The position numbers and the translations under genes were made by a program. 64,000 nucleotides of DNA from positions 372,001 to 436,000 of the forward strand of contig BCKZ01000021.1 in the NCBI GenBank assembly GCA_001600815.1. Direction: 5' to 3'. Below, piece by piece: positions 60,561 through 64,000 of this stretch. Below the pieces are notes generated by a model, which did no database searches, was not told the origin of the DNA, and was given only the letters and a program-made list of their open reading frames with translations. The stretch comes from Alloascoidea hylecoeti. Taxonomy: Eukaryota. Each line of letters opens with the position of its first letter. Positions within the stretch are counted from its first letter, which is position 1.

Positions 60561-61616
60561 TTATATAATACTCCAAGTTTCTGGGTACTTCCAATCCATT
60601 ATATCAATTTCTTGATTAACTGAGATTATTTCTGTACATTTAAGTAGTTCATAAGCTATAATTTCATACTGATTCATTTTAAGAAGCGCTTCCCTGTTAT
60701 AATTCGTGGTGAACTTCGAGCTGGGATCCATATCTGATTTTGTAGTTAGNGAAAGGCCAATAACGTCAGAAAAAGAAGATCTAGAATATATTATATCAGG
60801 GTCCTCTATATCATCTATATCCTCAGGTATTATATTTTTGCCAGACTCTTTTAGTAGCTTTGCCTCGTTCAGTCGGCATAGGAACTTTGCATATGAAGGA
60901 TTGGTACCAGCTGCAATGACATTATGATTATTCGAGAGAGAACCAATATTATTGAANGAGTCTCTTGAGTCTGGGTCCAATATATGATACTGAACAAAAG
61001 GATTAGATAAGGCGGATGATCTAAAATTAAATAAAGTTCCATTGTTAGTTTGAATAATTAGTAGCCAAGCCTATAATGTTCTTACATGTTGACAATTGGA
61101 AGCGAGTCGCTATCAATTAACGCACTGACACCAACCACGATCACTTTGGCGAATTCTGCTTCATCTATGAAGGGAATAATGACTTCGTTAAGAAACTGTG
61201 ATGATCTTCCTGGAATGATAGAGGCCGCTTGTCTCAGAATAGACACACCCAGCCGTTGGCATTGAAATACTAAATTAAAACAGAATTATAATGTTAGTTT
61301 AGCCCTGCGCCCTACAAAATNAAATCTCAGCCCCACCTTCTAAAGATGTGGCCATTTGTGCTCCAACACTCGTACCAAAGCCCAAAATGTCCTGAATGGG
61401 CTGGACCCGGGGGACTAGCTGTCGGTCGTCCAGTCTGGCCACTGGTTTGAAGTGAAATGTTGATATCAGCAAGTCGAGTGCGTTGAGTATGGTTTGGCCA
61501 TTCTGCTTGGTTGTACTTGATCCAGTGGTTATCACAGGAACGATTAAAGTAGTCTGTTGAAACGACAGAAGCGTCTGGATGGAGTTCTTGTGGCCTATTC
61601 CTGAAAAGCAAGACAT
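60561..61616 (-). CDS. ADD66: Proteasome assembly chaperone 2-like (Pba2/Add66/PSMG2), about 307 aa; exons 61616-61337, 61269-61086, 61020-60561
   Basis: TLIVPVI..NGQTILNALDLLISTF..VARLDDRQLVPRVQP..TSLE|VF and C-terminal WKYPETW match the PAC2 pattern. Two introns with ACTAAC branch sites join three fragments in frame. The sequence is divergent and I see no EGDN motif. Confidence 0.65.
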
Positions 61617-61884
61617 TTATAAATTTGGAGTGAATATTGGGTTAGAAAGGGAGGAAAAGAAGAAGTTCAGACATTATTTATATAATATTCAATTAGTTTA
61701 TTTTTTATTTTTTTGTTTTTATTTTTTTATTTTTATTTTTATTTTTATGTTTTATGAGAAGACATAATTATTTGTTATTATGCATACAGCCCAAAAAATT
61801 TCAATCCTTCCACAATATTATAAACCTCCTACCAATTCTAAATATTCTTCACTCACACTTACAAACTACAAAGACAACCAAAAA

Positions 61885-63244
61885 ATGCCCCCTGCAACAA
61901 TCATATGTATAGGAATGGCCGGTATGATCCTAATTATTTTTGTTCTTTGTTTCTTGCCCTCCATCCTAACATTATAATAATCTACCACTAGGTTCCGGCA
62001 AGACAACCTTCATGCAAAGGCTCAACAGTCATCTACACTCTGAGAAGAAACCTCCTTATGTTATTAATCTAGACCCTGCCGTTCTTAAAGTTCCATATGG
62101 TGTAAACATCGATATACGAGACTCCGTAAAGTACAGAAAGGTCATGGAACAGTATGTCTTATGTTTTTATTTTGAGTATTGCGCAGCTTTACTAAACACA
62201 TTTTATAGGTATAATTTAGGCCCTAATGGTGCCATAATGACTTCCTTGAACTTATTCTCTACAAAAATTGATCAGGTTATTCAACTTGTTGAGAAGAGAT
62301 CATCTACTTTAGAGTAAGTCTAATTTTTCAGTTTTTTATTCTTTTTTACAATTGAAACTTCATCTAACAAATTTTTTAGACATGTTTTAATCGATACACC
62401 AGGTCAAATTGAATGTTTTATTTGGTCCGCAAGTGGTTCAATAATAACTGAATCTTTTTCTTCTACCTTCCCAACAGTAATTGCTTATATTGTTGATACN
62501 CCAAGATCTGCTTCACCAACTACTTTTATATCAAATATGTTATATGCATGTTCAATTCTTTACAAAACAAAATTACCAATGATTATAGTATTTAATAAAA
62601 TTGATATAAAAGATGCTTCTTTTGCAAAAGAATGGATGACAGATTTTGAAAAATTCCAAGATGCTATTTCCGAAGATATTAAAACAAATGAATCAAATGG
62701 TGCTGATTCAGGTTATATGGCAAGCTTAGTTAATTCAATGTCTTTAGTATTAGAACAATTTTATAATCATTTGGATATTGTTAATGTCTCTTCTTATACT
62801 GGTGAAGGTTTTGATGAATTTTTAAAAGTCGTTCATGATAAAAAAATTAATGAATATGAAAATGAATACAAAAAGGATAGGGATGAATTAATCAAAAAAA
62901 GAAAGGAAAAAGAAGAAAAGAAAAAACAACATGAATTATCAAAGTTAATGAAAGATATTGGTATCAGTGATGATAAAGAAAAGAAAGAACCAGTCTTTGC
63001 TGATTCTATTTCTGATACTGAAAGTATTGATTCAAATGCTTCCGGGGAAGGTTTATTAGAAAGAGATGAGGATGAATTTGGTTCTGATGAAAGACGGTTT
63101 GATGATAGACAAGAGCAACTGGATACTAGTGATAATTTGCAGCAAAGGTATCAACAAGCTTTAAAGACAAATTCAACTAAGAATAATTCTACGGGGGATG
63201 AAACCATGGAAAAGGTTGCAAAATATTTAAGAGACACAAACTGA
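61885..63244 (+). CDS. NPA3: GPN-loop GTPase 1 (388 aa); exons 61885-61921, 61992-62151, 62209-62313, 62380-63244
   Basis: CIGMA|GSGKTTF P-loop, [44 protein letters not shown]; three GT-AG introns. Confidence 0.96.
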
Positions 63245-63485
63245 TATCACTAAATAATACTACATGTAGTACTATAAGCTTATATAATATAAGAATAAGA
63301 AGTCCTACATTCTTTTTTCTCCATCTAAAGTTACCCTCACATTTAATCAAACTGGGCGTCCAGTTTAGTTCCCAATTTTTTTTCATCTTCTCCTTCTATA
63401 GCTATATCTTTGCTATCATCGTTATGTAGAGATTTTAAGTTACTAGTGAAATATATAAACAATTACAATGTATGACACAACCAAT

Positions 63486-64000
63486 TTAACTTGATGGATT
63501 CCTTGAATTCCTTGAACCAAGAACACCACCAACAACTGNTGCAATGATGATACAGATAATAAGCACTATGATCCAAAAACACCAACACCTCCTCCTTCTT
63601 AAGTTATTTGCACTTATTACAGCTTTAACTGTATGTCCTGTTCCTTTTTCAATATCTTTTTGAGCATCTTCAACTCGTAGGTCAATTTCTTGGATAGGAG
63701 CTTCAAGTTCAGCGGTTAGTTCCTCCATGTCATGAAACAATTGGTTTAGTTCGCCCATTGTTTTCTCCAATTTTTGTAGTTCTCTGTGACGTAATTGAAC
63801 TTCACTAAGAGCCGATCTAGCTTCACCTCGTTTATTTACATTTAACATCGCCTGGGAAAATAATTGAGATCCATTANTGTCTTCAATGGCGTCGTGTACT
63901 CCGGAATCAGATGCTTCAGGACGAATGATTCTATATTGTCTTTCTGCACGTTTCTTACTATGGGCTTTATATTCAACATCTACTTTCCTGTAATCCTGAA
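63486..64000 (-). CDS. SSO1: Plasma-membrane syntaxin (Qa-SNARE), 5'-truncated by the window edge
   Basis: QDYRKVDVEYK..RQYRIIRPEA, FSQAML..RGEARSALSEVQLRHRELQKLEKTMGELNQLFHDM, C-terminal TM. Could equally be called SSO2. Confidence 0.9.
   Translation of the reverse strand, partial: QDYRKVDVEYKAHSKKRAERQYRIIRPEASDSGVHDAIEDXNGSQLFSQAMLNVNKRGEARSALSEVQLRHRELQKLEKTMGELNQLFHDMEELTAELEAPIQEIDLRVEDAQKDIEKGTGHTVKAVISANNLRRRRCWCFWIIVLIICIIIAXVVGGVLGSRNSRNPSS

Noticed and set aside
412..63386. Numerous 60-150 aa ORFs antisense to or overlapping real genes, or in AT-rich spacers
   Set aside because: Shadow ORFs or TTG/GTG-initiated frames with no recognisable motifs. Several others are intron-split fragments already merged into the gene models above.
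16278..63878. X residues in translations as possible recoding or pseudogenising lesions
   Set aside because: They correspond to isolated N base calls; the reading frames are preserved.

Overview
AT-rich nuclear DNA from an intron-rich budding yeast (Saccharomycotina, probably outside Saccharomycetaceae). CTG encodes Leu at conserved positions, so the standard code applies. I can support 21 protein-coding genes: an uncharacterised protein, two tandem malic enzyme paralogs, TTI1, GAS4-like, a KduD-like SDR, TSR3, DNL4, an SGT2-like gene lacking its TPR domain, RPL27, PSD1, CMG1-like G-patch, DCS1, IRA1/2, FMP41, MED4, LIA1, RPA12, CCT5, ADD66/PAC2-like and NPA3. A partial SSO syntaxin runs off the right edge. 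I reconstructed 19 spliceosomal introns by hand; RPA12 is absent from the ORF track. No tRNA, rRNA, CRISPR or intact mobile element was seen. The most interesting signals are: (1) a TPR-less Sgt2 derivative in the SGT2 syntenic neighbourhood; (2) an inverted decayed copy of part of CMG1 that probably marks a staggered-break inversion of about 19 kb; (3) two malic enzymes that differ in targeting and in cofactor-specificity residues; (4) a perfect Rap1-type site beside a Homol-D-like box in the RPL27 promoter; (5) a recurrent intergenic palindrome, TATAAGATCTTATA; (6) a 33-nt gap between TSR3 and DNL4. All identifications come from motif recognition by eye; no database search was run.
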